Notes under the pieces: model-generated | Database searches by the model: none | Told to the model about the DNA's origin: nothing | What the model saw: only the letters and a program-made list of their open reading frames with translations | Origin: an uncultured Chloroflexia bacterium | GTDB taxonomy: Bacteria; Chloroflexota; Limnocylindria; QHBO01 | Reading direction: 5' to 3' | DNA length: 64,000 bases | NCBI GenBank assembly: GCA_963827475.1 | Contig: CAWHAZ010000001.1 | Span: forward strand, 1-64,000 | In this document: piece by piece, positions 1 to 10,961 of the stretch | Position numbering within the stretch: position 1 is the stretch's first letter | Layout: every line of letters starts with the position of its first letter | Translations under genes and position numbers: made by a program

Positions 1-647
1 CCGTGAGCCGGACGGCGACGGCGGTCAGCAACTTCGGCTCGGCGACCTCCAGCTCTGGCTCGATCCCGTTCAGCCTGCCGCCCGGCAGCAACGCGGTCGT
101 GGTCATGGTCAGCGTCTCGTCGAGCTCGTTCACGACGACCTCGGTGACCTGGAAGCCGGACCCGGCCAACCCTGGCGCCGACCAGGCGCTGACCTTCGTC
201 GGCCGCCAGACGGCGCCCGGCGGCGGCGCGGTCGAGATCTGGGCGCTTCTCAACCCAAGCCCTGGCGTGTCCGGGTTCCGCGCTGACCCACACCCTGAGC
301 GGCAGCGTGAAGCGGGTCATGGGCGTCCACGCCCTGTCCGGAGTGGCGACGATCGGGACCCCGGTCGGGGCCGGGGCCAACGCGACCACGCTCGGGGTCA
401 CCGTGCCCTCGGTCACCGGCGGCCTCGTCCTCGACGTCCTCTACGGCCAGAACAGCACGACCGGCTACACCGCCGGCAGCCGGCCAGACCGAGCGCTGGG
501 ACACGAACACCACCGGCGGCCTGAACAACCTCCGCGGCGCCGGATCGGAGGAGGCCGGCGCCGCCATCGGTGTCGATGACCTGGACGGCGAACGCGAAGA
601 CCAAGATGGCGCTGCTCGGGGTGAGCTTCAACCCGGTCGCGCCCTAG
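1..647 (+). CDS. 3' part of a Ser/Thr/Gly-rich beta-strand extracellular protein (partial, about 2 frameshifts)
   Basis: ORFs 3..524 and 307..579 plus a third frame join into ...VEIWALLNPSPG...VMGVHALSGV...GQTERWDTNTT...SMTWTANAKTKMALLGVSFNPVAP*; its TAG overlaps the stop of the convergent gene (ctag 644-647). Confidence 0.55.
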
Positions 648-2302
648 GAGCTCCCCGGGCTCAGCCCGCGCTCGTAGACGGCGGCGCCCCCGACGAACGT
701 GAGCTGCACCGTCGCGTCGGCCGTCTGGCCGTCGGGAACGGCCCGGAGATCGCGATCGAGGACGACCAGGTCGGCGAGCTTGCCGACCTCGATCGTGCCG
801 GTATCGGTCTCCATCCGGCTGACCCACGCCGAACCGACGGTAGCCGCCGCCAGGGCGGTGTCCAGGTCGAGCCGCTGGTCGGGCCGCCACGGCGGGTCGT
901 CGCGCTGGGTGGGGAAGATTCGGCGGATCGCCACCTCCAGGATCTGGAGCGGATCGGCGGTGGTGACCGTCCAGTCGCTGCCGATGGCGAGGCGGGCACC
1001 AGTCCGCCGCAGGTCGCCGAACGCGTATCGAGCGTCATACCGATCCGGACCGATGTGCGGAAGCTGGATGTCGCGGGTCTCCTCGTCGAGGTGGGCCCAG
1101 AACGGCTGCATGTTGGCCGCCACCCCAAGCTGGCCGAAGCGGGGAATGTCGGCCGCATCGATGAGCTCGATATGGGCGATCGAGTGCCGCGCGTCCCGCG
1201 GTCCGTTGGCCGCCCGCGCCGCGGCCACCGCGTCCAGCGCCTGCCGCACGGCCGCGTCCCCGATGGCATGGAAGTGGCAGTCGAACCCGAGCCGTTCCAG
1301 CTCGGTGACCGCGGCGTCGAGCTCCCCCTGCTCGTACTCCGGCCGTGATCGATTCGTGCCCGGAGCACCGTCGGGTTCGAGGTACGGCTCGAGCAGGTAC
1401 GCGGTCTGGCTCTCGAACACGCCGTCGAGGAAGAACTTCACGACGTCCGACCGCAGGCCGATCTTCTCCGAGCTCTCGCGGCCGGCGAGCAGCCGGGGGA
1501 GGGGATCGGGCTCGCGGTCCTTGCCCCACGGCTGCCACTGCTGGGCCGCGACCACCCGAGCGGTCAGCCGGCCATCGGCCGTGACCTCCTGGTAGACCGG
1601 AAGCCACTCCGGGTTCACGCCCGGGTCGTGCCAGCCGGTGATCCCCCAGGCATGGAGCTGCCGCTGGCTGTCGAGCAGGGCCTGCACCAACGTTTCGTGC
1701 GAGGGCTCGGGGATCAGGCGGTCAACGGCGGCAACCGCGTCCTCGACCAGCGCCCCGGTCGGCATGCCGTCCGGGTCCCGTTCGAAGCGGCCGTGCTCCG
1801 GATCGGGCGTGTCCGGACCGATGCCCGCCAGCTCCAGGGCCCGGCTGTTGACCCACGCCGTGTGGCCGTCGTACGCGCTCAGGAACACGGGTCGGTCCGG
1901 CACCACCCGGTCCAGGGCCGACCGATGGGGCATCGGGCTGCCGAACGTGCCGTAGTGCCACCCGTCGCCAGTGACCCATTCGAGGTCCGGATGGGCGTCC
2001 GCCCACGCCTTCACGGCCGCGAGGTATGCATCCTCGTCGGGGAGGTCGTGGAGGTTGGCCTCCGTGTGCATCAGTCCGCCGTACACCGCGTGGCAGTGCG
2101 CGTCCTGGAACCCGGGGAGCACCGTCTCCCCGTTGAGCCGGACGACGCGGGTCGTTGGACCGATGACGCCCTCGACTTCCGCCGTGTTGCCGACCGCGCT
2201 GATCCGGCCGTCGGTCACCGCGACCGCATCGGCCGGCGCATTCCGGGGCGCAATGGGCTCGACCCGCCCGCCGGTCAGGACGAGGTCGGCCGGCCGACCC
2301 AC
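644..2302 (-). CDS. Amidohydrolase family 3 (YtcJ-like) metal-dependent hydrolase
   Basis: PGFQDAHCH, HAIGDAA, IAHIE, GSDW and GTIEVGKLADLVVLD motifs. Confidence 0.92.
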   Translation of the reverse strand: MGRPADLVLTGGRVEPIAPRNAPADAVAVTDGRISAVGNTAEVEGVIGPTTRVVRLNGETVLPGFQDAHCHAVYGGLMHTEANLHDLPDEDAYLAAVKAWADAHPDLEWVTGDGWHYGTFGSPMPHRSALDRVVPDRPVFLSAYDGHTAWVNSRALELAGIGPDTPDPEHGRFERDPDGMPTGALVEDAVAAVDRLIPEPSHETLVQALLDSQRQLHAWGITGWHDPGVNPEWLPVYQEVTADGRLTARVVAAQQWQPWGKDREPDPLPRLLAGRESSEKIGLRSDVVKFFLDGVFESQTAYLLEPYLEPDGAPGTNRSRPEYEQGELDAAVTELERLGFDCHFHAIGDAAVRQALDAVAAARAANGPRDARHSIAHIELIDAADIPRFGQLGVAANMQPFWAHLDEETRDIQLPHIGPDRYDARYAFGDLRRTGARLAIGSDWTVTTADPLQILEVAIRRIFPTQRDDPPWRPDQRLDLDTALAAATVGSAWVSRMETDTGTIEVGKLADLVVLDRDLRAVPDGQTADATVQLTFVGGAAVYERGLSPGSS

Positions 2303-2578
2303 CTATTCTTCGCCGACGGTCGTGATCCGTCGGCGAGTGGAGACCTCGACCTGCGACTCGCGCCCCTCGTGGGCGGGAAACTCGACCAGGGCGATGAGCC
2401 GGCTGGCCATGAACCGGCCGGTCCGGACCGGGGTGCCCGAGCGGGTCACCTCGCTGACCTCGACCACGCCCCGACTGGTGGCCACCTCCAGCCGCCGACC
2501 GGCGCGGGTGGCCTCGATCACGAACGTCTGGGTGCCCTGGCCGGTATCGACCACGGCCTCGACCCGATCGCCCTTCAC
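2303..2578 (-). CDS. Small hypothetical protein
   Basis: GTG start 6 nt after a TACTCT -10 box; abuts the amidohydrolase start; plausible beta-rich sequence. Confidence 0.65.
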   Translation of the reverse strand: MKGDRVEAVVDTGQGTQTFVIEATRAGRRLEVATSRGVVEVSEVTRSGTPVRTGRFMASRLIALVEFPAHEGRESQVEVSTRRRITTVGEE

Positions 2579-2650
2579 CGAGCCAGAGTAGCAGCCCCGC
2601 TCAGCCATCGGCCCACGGTGTCCGAGACACCGTCCTGACCCGCCGCTAGC

Positions 2651-4142
2651 ATGTTCGGCGTGCCCGAGACCGAGCCCGAACCACCACGACTTCCCGCCTC
2701 GCTCGCCGATCGCTACCAGCTCGACGAGCGACTTGCGATGGGGGGCAGTGCGGAGGTCTGGCGGGGCACCGACCAGGTCCTGCAGCGATCAGTGGCGGTC
2801 AAGGTCCTGCACCGCCACCTGCTGGACGATGACACGACCCGCGCTCGACTGACGCAGGAGGCCCAGGCGGCAGCCGCGCTGTCGCATCCGGGGATCGTCG
2901 CGATCTATGACGTCGCGGTCGATGCGGATGCGGCGGCCATCGTGTTCGAGCTGGTGGAGGGCGAGTCCCTCGGGGAGCGGCTGCGGCGCGAGCGGATCCT
3001 GCCGCCGCGTGCGGCTGCCCGAATTGGCGCCGAGGTGGCGGAGGCGCTCGAGCACGCGCACGAGCGCGGCGTGATCCACCGGGACGTGAAGGCGGGGAAC
3101 GTCCTGCTCGGCCCGGACGGCGAGGCGCGGCTCGTTGACTTCGGCATCGCCCGCTTGCTGGCCGATGAGAACACCCACCTCACCGCGCCCGGCACGATCA
3201 CCGGCACGCTCCGCTCGATGGCGCCCGAGCAGCTCCGCGGCGAGGACGTCGGGCCGGCGACCGACGTCTATGCCACCGGGGTCCTGCTGACCGAGATGCT
3301 CACCGGCGATCCGCCGTACCAGGTCAATACCCCCGTGGAGCTGCTCGAGGCCCAGCAGGCGCCGCCCCTGGTCATCGGCGACGCCCCGCCGGCGCTGGGC
3401 GAGATCGTCCGCCGCGCGCTCGCCCCGGATCCCCCTGATCGACAGGCATCGGCAGGTCAACTCGCCACCGAGTTGCGCAGCTGGCTGGAATCCGATGCCA
3501 GTCCGGCCGAGGCGAGCACCCCCGACGACCGAACCGAGCCGGCGGTGGCCATTCCCGCCTTCCTCGCCGCCAAAGCCATCGCCCCGGAACCACCCACCCC
3601 GGCGGCGGAGCAGTCCGAACCCATCCAAGCAGCCGCGGCTCCGGTCCCGCCCGCGACCTCGGCAGCGTCCTCCCGGCGGAGACGTCCGGGCGTCGCAGCG
3701 GCCCTGGGCCTGGCCGTATTGATTGCGGCTGCGCTCTTTGCCGTGGCGCAATCTCCGCCGGGAACGGCCGGGCTCGAATCCGAGCCACCAGCATCGGTCT
3801 CCCCATCAGTGGCACCAACCCCGATTCCGATCGCCCACACCGGCTCCGACCCCGTTGCCCGCACCGGTCAGCCTGGACGCCGCGCTCGAGCAGTTCGGTC
3901 AGATGGTTGCAGCGGGTCAGCAGAACGGGTCGATCGACGGGGACGCGGCCGAGGAGCTCCTCGAGCAGGCCGACAAGTTCCGCGACGAGGACCTGAGCGG
4001 CGGCGACATCAACAAGGCCTCCCGCGACCTCAACCGCGCGATCAACGAGCTCGAGGCCGAGGGCCAGATCGCCTCGGCCGAGACGGCTGACGCGCTGCGC
4101 CAGCAGGCCGCCGAGATCGAGGCCGCCGCGAGGCGCGAGTAG
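2651..4142 (+). CDS. Hanks-type Ser/Thr protein kinase with TM helix and C-terminal helical extracellular domain (frameshift ~3850)
   Basis: VAVK, IHRDVKAGN, DFGIAR, MAPEQ, DVYATG; the C-terminus continues in ORF 3723..4142. Confidence 0.93.
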
Positions 4143-4233
4143 CGCTCTGACTCCCGAAACGTCGCGGGTTCGCAATGCAACCCGGAGTCTTCACCCGCGC
4201 CCGCGTAACCCGCGGCCCGACCACCATCGGGTC

Positions 4234-4482
4234 ATGGCAGAGCTCACGACGACCAAACGAGAAAAGCTCAGATCGAACCAGTTCGCGTACGTCGATCGTG
4301 ACGGAGGCGAGCACCTTCCGATCCACGACGAATCGCACGTTCGCAACGCGATCGCGCGCTTCAACCAGACCGATTTCGAGAGCAAGACGGCGAAGGACGA
4401 GGCCCGGCGCAAGATCCTCCGGGCGGCGAAGCGATTCGGGATCGAAGTCGACGAGGACGCGAACGTCCGCAAGGCGAGCTGA
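4234..4482 (+). CDS. DUF6582-like small protein
   Basis: FAY...LPIHDESHVRNAIARFNQT...ARRKILRAAKRFGIEV. Confidence 0.8.
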   Translation: MAELTTTKREKLRSNQFAYVDRDGGEHLPIHDESHVRNAIARFNQTDFESKTAKDEARRKILRAAKRFGIEVDEDANVRKAS

Positions 4483-4511
4483 GCCCACCTCTCGGCTGGT
4501 CCGAGAGCGTG

Positions 4512-4650
4512 TGGTATGGTGGGTGCTCCCCCGGGTTTCCCAGGACGCTTCGGTCTGCGTCCCGGCCCTTTGCCGCTGAACCCCGATTCATCCATGCCCT
4601 GACCGGGCCCCGCATCGCTGCGGGAGGGCCTCGTCAGGAGAATTCCCACC
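4512..4650 (+). promoter_or_regulatory. Extended -10 promoter and structured 5' leader of the DEAD-box helicase
   Basis: TGgTATGGT 4512-4520; hairpins GGACGC/GCGTCC and CCTGAC...GTCAGG, the latter overlapping SD AGGAG 4636-4640. Confidence 0.55.
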
Positions 4651-6024
4651 GTGTCGTTCACTCAACTCGGGCTGTCGCCCGAACTGCTCCGCGCTGTCGC
4701 GGACTCGGGTTACACCGAGCCGACCCCTGTCCAGCGCGAGGCGATACCTCTCGTTCTCGCCGGCCGCGATCTGCTGGCCGGCGCCCAGACTGGAACCGGC
4801 AAGACGGCCGCGTTCGTGCTGCCCATCCTGCAGCGCCTCAGCGCTTCACCCCGCCCCGACGGCCGCCGTCGGGTCCGGGTCCTCGTCCTCGTTCCCACCC
4901 GGGAGCTGGCCATGCAGGTGGAAGAGAGCGTCCGCACCTACGGCCGGCATCGGTCCATCCGGTCGACCACCGTCTTCGGCGGTGTCGGATTCCATCCCCA
5001 GGTGCGGGCCTTGAGCTCGGGCGCCGAGATCGTGGTCGCGACCCCGGGTCGGCTGCTCGACCATGTCGGCCAGGGTACGGTCGACCTGGGCGGAGTCGAG
5101 GTCCTCGTCCTGGACGAGGCCGATCGCATGCTCGACATGGGATTCATTCGCGACATCCGTCGAATCCTCGCCCGATTGCCCGCCGAGCGGCAGAACCTGC
5201 TCTTCTCGGCCACGTTCTCGAACGAGATCCGCCGACTGGCCGATGGCCTGCTCGATCGCCCGGCCCAGGTTCAGATCGCCGCTCGCAATACGCCCTCCGA
5301 GCTGGTCGAGCAGGTCATCCACCCGGTTGACCGCGAGCGCAAGCGCGAGCTGCTGAGCCAGCTGGTTCGGTCGCGGAAGATCGACCAGGCACTGGTCTTC
5401 ACCCGCACCAAGCACGGCGCCAACCGGCTGGCGGAGCAGCTCGAGCGGGACGGCATCGCGGTCGCCACCATCCACGGCAACAAGAGCCAGCCGCAGCGGA
5501 CACGGGCCCTGGCCGACTTCAAGTCGGGGCGCGTCACCCTCCTCATCGCGACCGAGGTTGCCGCGCGCGGCCTGGACATCGACGCGCTGCCGCACGTCGT
5601 GAACTTCGAATTGCCGATGGTGGCCTCCGACTACGTCCATCGCATCGGGCGCACGGGTCGGGCGGGCGTGGACGGCATCGCCATCTCGCTGGTCTGCGTC
5701 GACGAGGGGCCGCTCCTCCGCGATATCGAACGGCTCCTCGGTCATGCCATTCCGGTCGAGGTCATCCCCGGCTTCGAGCCAGACCGGTCCATACGTCCCC
5801 AGTCCATCCGCCTGCGCACCGGCCACGGAAACGGTCGGCCACCACGAGGAGGCGGGCACGGCCGGCCACGTCCCGCGCCAGAGGGCCATGGGCGCCATGC
5901 CCCCAAGGCCCACGAAGCATCGATCGGTCGGTGGCCGGGCGGTTCTGAGGGACCCGCGCCGCGGTCCTCGCGGCGGCCCTCGCGGCGAACCGGCCGTCGG
6001 AACTTCGGTCGCGTCCGGCCCTAG
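4651..6024 (+). CDS. rhlE: DEAD-box ATP-dependent RNA helicase (RhlE-like)
   Basis: Q motif, [39 protein letters not shown], basic tail. Confidence 0.93.
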   Translation: MSFTQLGLSPELLRAVADSGYTEPTPVQREAIPLVLAGRDLLAGAQTGTGKTAAFVLPILQRLSASPRPDGRRRVRVLVLVPTRELAMQVEESVRTYGRHRSIRSTTVFGGVGFHPQVRALSSGAEIVVATPGRLLDHVGQGTVDLGGVEVLVLDEADRMLDMGFIRDIRRILARLPAERQNLLFSATFSNEIRRLADGLLDRPAQVQIAARNTPSELVEQVIHPVDRERKRELLSQLVRSRKIDQALVFTRTKHGANRLAEQLERDGIAVATIHGNKSQPQRTRALADFKSGRVTLLIATEVAARGLDIDALPHVVNFELPMVASDYVHRIGRTGRAGVDGIAISLVCVDEGPLLRDIERLLGHAIPVEVIPGFEPDRSIRPQSIRLRTGHGNGRPPRGGGHGRPRPAPEGHGRHAPKAHEASIGRWPGGSEGPAPRSSRRPSRRTGRRNFGRVRP

Positions 6025-6114
6025 CAGCCGCGCAGGCCTGACCTGCCAGACCCGCTCCAATCCCTCCGAGGGGAGGGCGTTCGATGCCGCGGGGCATGCC
6101 GTAGCATCCGAGCG

Positions 6115-6546
6115 GTGGAGACGCAAGCTCGGCGCCTGCCGTTCGGGGTGTGGGTCGCAGGGGTTCTCGAGGCGGTCCTGTTCATCGTCCTCTTCCTCGA
6201 CGCTGTCGGGATTCGACCCGCGAACAGCTCCAGCATCGTCGCAACCCTTGGCGGCCAGGGCGGCGTCATCTCCGTCCTGATCGCTGGCCTGGCGATCGTC
6301 GGGGTGGCATCAGCTTTTGCGCTCATCAGGCTGCTGCCCATCGGCCTCGTCGCGACGACCCTGCTTGCCGGGTTCGCGCTGGTCAACGAGCTCGGCTCCC
6401 GCCTGGCGGGCCACTCCGACGACCTGCGCCTGGCGTTCCTGGTGATCATCATCCTGTACTTGAACCAGCCCGCCGTTCGGGAAGCCTTTGGGCGCAACCG
6501 CCCGCCGTCGCCGGCACCGATCCCGCGGGCGAGTGAAGGGGAATGA
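6115..6546 (+). CDS. Small 4-TM membrane protein
   Basis: Hydrophobic helices ending ILYLNQPAVREAFG; ATGA-coupled to the next gene. Confidence 0.75.
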   Translation: METQARRLPFGVWVAGVLEAVLFIVLFLDAVGIRPANSSSIVATLGGQGGVISVLIAGLAIVGVASAFALIRLLPIGLVATTLLAGFALVNELGSRLAGHSDDLRLAFLVIIILYLNQPAVREAFGRNRPPSPAPIPRASEGE

Positions 6547-8348
6547 GCACCGACCTCGAGCTCCTTCGCGCCTACGAGCCGATCATTCGATACACCCACG
6601 GCGAGCTCTTCTTCCCGGCAGCTGTCGAGCCATACCTGGCCGCGTGCGACCTCCTGGTCGGATCGACCGAGGGCCAGACCCAGCTCCTTGTCCCGAACGG
6701 GGACCTGGATCCCGCGACCCTGGCACGGCAGACGGCTCCGCCCGGGAACACGCTCTTCCTGCGACTGGTCCAGGAGCCGCTGGGTGGGCTCGCCCTCGCC
6801 CGATGGTCCCGTCGGCCGGAACGACCCGTGTTCCGGGCACCGGGCCGGCTTGCCCGGGTTGGGCTCTTCGCCCGAATCATTGACGCCGGATTCAACGGGT
6901 CGCTCCTCCTCCGAGGAAAGGTGCCCGGCGGAACGGCGGCCGCGGCCGCGATCAAGTACGACGCGGCCCGCGCCGACGACCCTCGATACGTCTACCACGG
7001 GCGCGTCGTGCGCCGAGGTGGCTGGATCGTCCTCCACTACCTCTACTTCTACTTCATGAATGATTGGCGCTCCACCTTCGCCGGAGCGAATGACCACGAG
7101 GCGGACCTCGAGCAGGCATTCGTCGTCCTCGAGGACGCGCCGGACGGCCCGCGCCCGGTGTGGTTCGGATGCGCTGCGCACGACTACTCGGGCGACGAGC
7201 TCCGCCGGCGCTGGGACGACCCCTTCATCACGCGCGTTGGCGATCACCCGGTGATCTACGCTGGCGCCGGGTCCCACGCGGCGTATTTCGAGGCCGGTGA
7301 GTACATCACCACCGTGCCCCTGCCGGCGTTCCGCGGCCTGCGGGGGCTCTTCGACTTCGTGCGCCATATCTGGCGCGACACGCTCCGCCAGGGCGATCCG
7401 GGCGATCTCGGCGCTCGGGTCGAAGCCGCCTTGAGCATCCCGTTCGTTGACTACGCCCGGGGAGACGGAAAGGCGATCGGCCCCGACCAGGGCGAGGAAT
7501 GGTCGATCGAGCCGGTTGACGACAGCGTGCCCTGGGTCGACGGCTACCGGGGGCTGTGGGGCCTCGACACGCGCGACCGGTTCGCCGGGGAGCGAGCGCC
7601 CGCGGGGCTGAAATACACCCGGACGGGATCGGTCAGACCCTCGTGGTATGACCCGATCGGATTTCTCGGGCTCGACAAGGTTGCGCCACCCCACCGCGTC
7701 GTCGGCGCCATCGACGAGCGCCTGGCCGAGCTCGAAATCGAGGGGCGCCGGCTCGATGACGAGATCGCCCAGACCGCGGACGGCCTGTCGGCCCGCGACC
7801 AGGCCGTGAGCGCCATGGCGTCGGACGGCTCGATGGTGAAGCTCCACGAGGTCCGATCCCGCGAGCTTGCCGCGCGCGAGGCCCAGCTGGCCTTGCTCCG
7901 CGCGCAGCGAGCCGAGTTCGACGACGAGCGAAAGGCGCTCGTCCAGCGGCGCCTCCAGGCGGTGGCCGGAGAGCAGGGAGACCCGCGGTCGCACCTGCAC
8001 AACGACCATCACCCCCAGTCCACGGCCGACCTGAACTACGGGCGGATTGTCGAGATCTGGTCGGCCGTGAGCGTCAGCCTTGGCCTCATCGCGCTCATGG
8101 CGCTCATCGTGTTCACCGACCTCCCGGTCTGGGCGGTGGTCCTCATGGCCGTTGGCGGATACCTCATCCTGGAGGCAGCCTTCCGCCGTCAGCTGATCAC
8201 CCTGCTCCTCCGCATCGCGTTGGCACTGGCCCTGGTCGGGGCAGTGATTCTGGTCGTGTCCTACGCCGCCGAATTGGTCGTCCTGGCCGTCGTCGGGCTG
8301 GCGGTCCTGACCCTGGTCGACAACATCCGGGAGATTCGCGCGAGCTAG
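6543..8348 (+). CDS. Hypothetical protein: Vps62/NPP1-like soluble domain, coiled coil and C-terminal TM helices
   Basis: LHYLYFYFMNDW...NDHEADLE, HPVIYAGAGSHAAY; hydrophobic C-terminus. Confidence 0.75.
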   Translation: MSTDLELLRAYEPIIRYTHGELFFPAAVEPYLAACDLLVGSTEGQTQLLVPNGDLDPATLARQTAPPGNTLFLRLVQEPLGGLALARWSRRPERPVFRAPGRLARVGLFARIIDAGFNGSLLLRGKVPGGTAAAAAIKYDAARADDPRYVYHGRVVRRGGWIVLHYLYFYFMNDWRSTFAGANDHEADLEQAFVVLEDAPDGPRPVWFGCAAHDYSGDELRRRWDDPFITRVGDHPVIYAGAGSHAAYFEAGEYITTVPLPAFRGLRGLFDFVRHIWRDTLRQGDPGDLGARVEAALSIPFVDYARGDGKAIGPDQGEEWSIEPVDDSVPWVDGYRGLWGLDTRDRFAGERAPAGLKYTRTGSVRPSWYDPIGFLGLDKVAPPHRVVGAIDERLAELEIEGRRLDDEIAQTADGLSARDQAVSAMASDGSMVKLHEVRSRELAAREAQLALLRAQRAEFDDERKALVQRRLQAVAGEQGDPRSHLHNDHHPQSTADLNYGRIVEIWSAVSVSLGLIALMALIVFTDLPVWAVVLMAVGGYLILEAAFRRQLITLLLRIALALALVGAVILVVSYAAELVVLAVVGLAVLTLVDNIREIRAS

Positions 8349-8373
8349 GCTGCCTAGGCCGCCCGGATCTCTC

Positions 8374-9033
8374 CTAGACCTGCTCCATCTGCACCACCGG
8401 CAGGACCACGCCGGTGGAGTGCACGGGGCAGTAGCCGTTCGGATTCTTGGCCAGGTATTGCTGGTGGTAGTCCTCGGCGAAGTAGAACGGTCCGGCGTCG
8501 GCGATCTCGGTCGTGATCGGTCCGTAGCCGGCCTTGGTCAGCTCGGACTGGTACATCGCCCGCGAGGCGTCCGCCGCCTCCCGCTGGGCATCGGTGTGGG
8601 TGTAGATGGCTGACCGATACGAGGTGCCCAGGTCATTGCCCTGGCGCATGCCCTGGGTCGGGTCGTGCTCCTCCCAGAACGCCTTGAGCAGCTGCTCGTA
8701 CGACACGCGCGCGGGGTCGAACACGACGCGCACGGCCTCCGCGTGGCCGGTCCCGCCGGAGCAGACCTCCTCGTAGGTCGGGTTGGGCGTGTAGCCGCCC
8801 TGGTAGCCAACCGCGGTGACGATCACCCCGGGGATGTTCCAGAACGTCTTCTCCACGCCCCAGAAGCAGCCGGCCGCGAAGTCGGCGATCTCCGCGCCTT
8901 CCGGGTAGGGACCCTGCAGCGGCTGGCCGTTGACGCGGTGCCGCTCGGCGGTCGGGATCGGGGCGGGCCGGCCGGGGAGTGCCTTGGCCGGGTCGGGCAT
9001 GGTCGACTTGCGACCGGTCAGGAACGAGAACAT
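8374..9033 (-). CDS. msrA: Peptide methionine sulfoxide reductase A
   Basis: [26 protein letters not shown]. Confidence 0.97.
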   Translation of the reverse strand: MFSFLTGRKSTMPDPAKALPGRPAPIPTAERHRVNGQPLQGPYPEGAEIADFAAGCFWGVEKTFWNIPGVIVTAVGYQGGYTPNPTYEEVCSGGTGHAEAVRVVFDPARVSYEQLLKAFWEEHDPTQGMRQGNDLGTSYRSAIYTHTDAQREAADASRAMYQSELTKAGYGPITTEIADAGPFYFAEDYHQQYLAKNPNGYCPVHSTGVVLPVVQMEQV

Positions 9034-9052
9034 GGGGCCAGTCTACGCCCGG

Positions 9053-9253
9053 TCAGTCGAAATCCCAGATTCCGCGTCCGGCCGAGAAGTGCAGGACGAA
9101 GCCGCACCGCTTGCAGACCTGCAGGACGAGCTTGTGGCTGGTGATGCCCCATCGCGAATCCATCCGGCCCTGCTCGCGGTCGAACTCCGTCCCGCCGCAG
9201 AGCGGGCATTTCAGCACGGGCTTGGCCGCTTCCTCGGCGCGTTCCCAGGTCAT
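9053..9253 (-). CDS. Small zinc-ribbon protein
   Basis: CPLC...CKRC; SD AAGGAG upstream. Confidence 0.75.
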   Translation of the reverse strand: MTWERAEEAAKPVLKCPLCGGTEFDREQGRMDSRWGITSHKLVLQVCKRCGFVLHFSAGRGIWDFD

Positions 9254-9263
9254 GGCATCTCCT

Positions 9264-10561
9264 TCAGGGCACGGTGCTGCCGGTGGTCACCGGTCGGACA
9301 ACGTCATCTGGATTCTCCGTCGAGGCGTCCGTATCCAGCCGGCGCATGTTCCGGATGCCCGGGACGAGGAGCGCCCCGATATTGACGCCCAGTGCGATCG
9401 CGGAGGCCAGGAGCAGGGTCGGGACCTCACCGATGGTGTCGGCCAGCGGCCCGATGATCACGAACGCGACCGGCTGGAACGCGAGCGACACCATCCAGTC
9501 GTACGACGAGACGCGCGACAGCGACGCCTGGGGAATCCGCTGCTGGAGGACGGTCTCCCACAGGGTGTTCGAGATCGAGATGGCCACCAGCGTGAGCATG
9601 GCCGTGAGCGCGATGACGAGCGACGGGCAGCGGGGGGATCAGCGAGAGGGTGCGCGTTGCCCCGATCAGCATCAGCGCAAATCCCACGGCCAGCGGCCGC
9701 GCCGGTTTCCAGCGGAGGGCCACCGCCCCGCCGATCAGGGCGCCGAGCGCTCCCACGGTCATGATCAGCCCCCACTCCGCGGCGCCACCCAGCTCGCGGT
9801 CGACGATCACCGGCCCCAGGACCATGAACGAGCCCATGGCCATGTTCGACAGCCCGAACACGATCAGCGAGCCGAGGAGCCAGTCGCGGGAGCGGACCTC
9901 GTGCCACCCCTGCGCGAGCTCTGACGCGAACGACTCCCGCACCTCGGTGGCCACCGCCCGGTCGATTCGCAGCAGCGCGAGGGTGATCATCGAGAAGACG
10001 TAGGTCACCGCATCGATGGCAAAGACGATTCCCGGACCGCTGGCGGCGACCAGGATGCCCGAGACCGCCGGACCGATGAGGAACGCCGCGCTCTGCGACA
10101 GGGTCATCAGCGCGTTCGCCTGTTGGAGCCGGCCGGGACTCGACGACCTGGGGCATGAGCCCGGTGGCTGCCGGAACGAAGAAGGCGGATGCCGCCCCAT
10201 GCAGGGCTGCGGCGACCACGATGTGCCAGACCTCAGCCCTCCCCGAGAACAACAGGACCGCCAGGCCAACCTGCACCGCGGCGCGCACGCCGTCGCTGGT
10301 CATCATCACCAGGTTTCGCGGCAGCCGGTCGGCCCACACCCCGCCGGCAAGGAGGAAGACCACGTTCGGCAGGAAGAATGCCGCGAACACGATCCCGATC
10401 TCCGTCGCCGAGCCACCGATCGCAAGCACGGCGAAGGCGATGGCAACGAACGACAGCCCGTCGCCGATGGCGGAACCGGTCTGGCCCAGCCACAGGTACC
10501 GGAAGTTGCGCTCCTCGAGGGCGCCGAAGTTCTTGCGAAGGCCCTGCGCCATCCGTGTCAT
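9264..10561 (-). CDS. MFS transporter (DHA3/EntS-like), 2 frameshifts
   Basis: NFRYLWLGQ, GGVWADRLPR motif A; split across ORFs 9458..10606, 9427..10269 and 9264..9599. Confidence 0.88.
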
Positions 10562-10599
10562 CGCCTCCGGATGATAGGCGCGATCCGCGGCCCGGGGGC

Positions 10600-10637
10600 T
10601 TGACACCCCAGCCTCGTAAGCCTAGACTAACGGTTAG
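10600..10637 (+). promoter_or_regulatory. Sigma70 promoter with overlapping ArsR-type operator
   Basis: TTGACA 10600-10605, 17-bp spacer, TAGACT 10623-10628; inverted repeats CGTAAG-N6-CTAACG and CTAAC-G-GTTAG. Confidence 0.75.
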
Positions 10638-10960
10638 TGATGGCTAACCAATACTCTGGCACTGGAAGCCCTCGGCGCGCTGGCCGACCCGACCCGCCGT
10701 CGGATCTATGAGCGGCTGCTGCCCGGTCCACTGGCCGTGCACCAGATCGCGGACGGCATGCCGGTGACCCGCCCCGCGGTCTCCCAGCACCTGCGGGTGC
10801 TGACCGAGGCCGGGCTGGTCACCGTTCGCGCCGAGGGGACGCGCCGCGTGTACGCGGTCAGCCCGGAGGGGATCGGTGCCATGCGCGCTTCATGGACGAG
10901 TTCTGGGGTCGTGCCCTGGAGGGATTCCGGGCGGCCGCAGAGGAAGCAGTGGAGGACTGA
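10637..10960 (+). CDS. ArsR/SmtB-family regulator (frameshifted)
   Basis: ALADPTRRRIYERL...VTRPAVSQHLRVLTEAGLV...GTRRVY...FMDEFW. Confidence 0.88.
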
Positions 10961-10961
10961 C

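Noticed and set aside
3746-3757. GCAATCTCC in the kinase gene as a target of the sRNA loop
   Set aside because: A 9-nt match deep in a CDS can arise by chance in 64 kb
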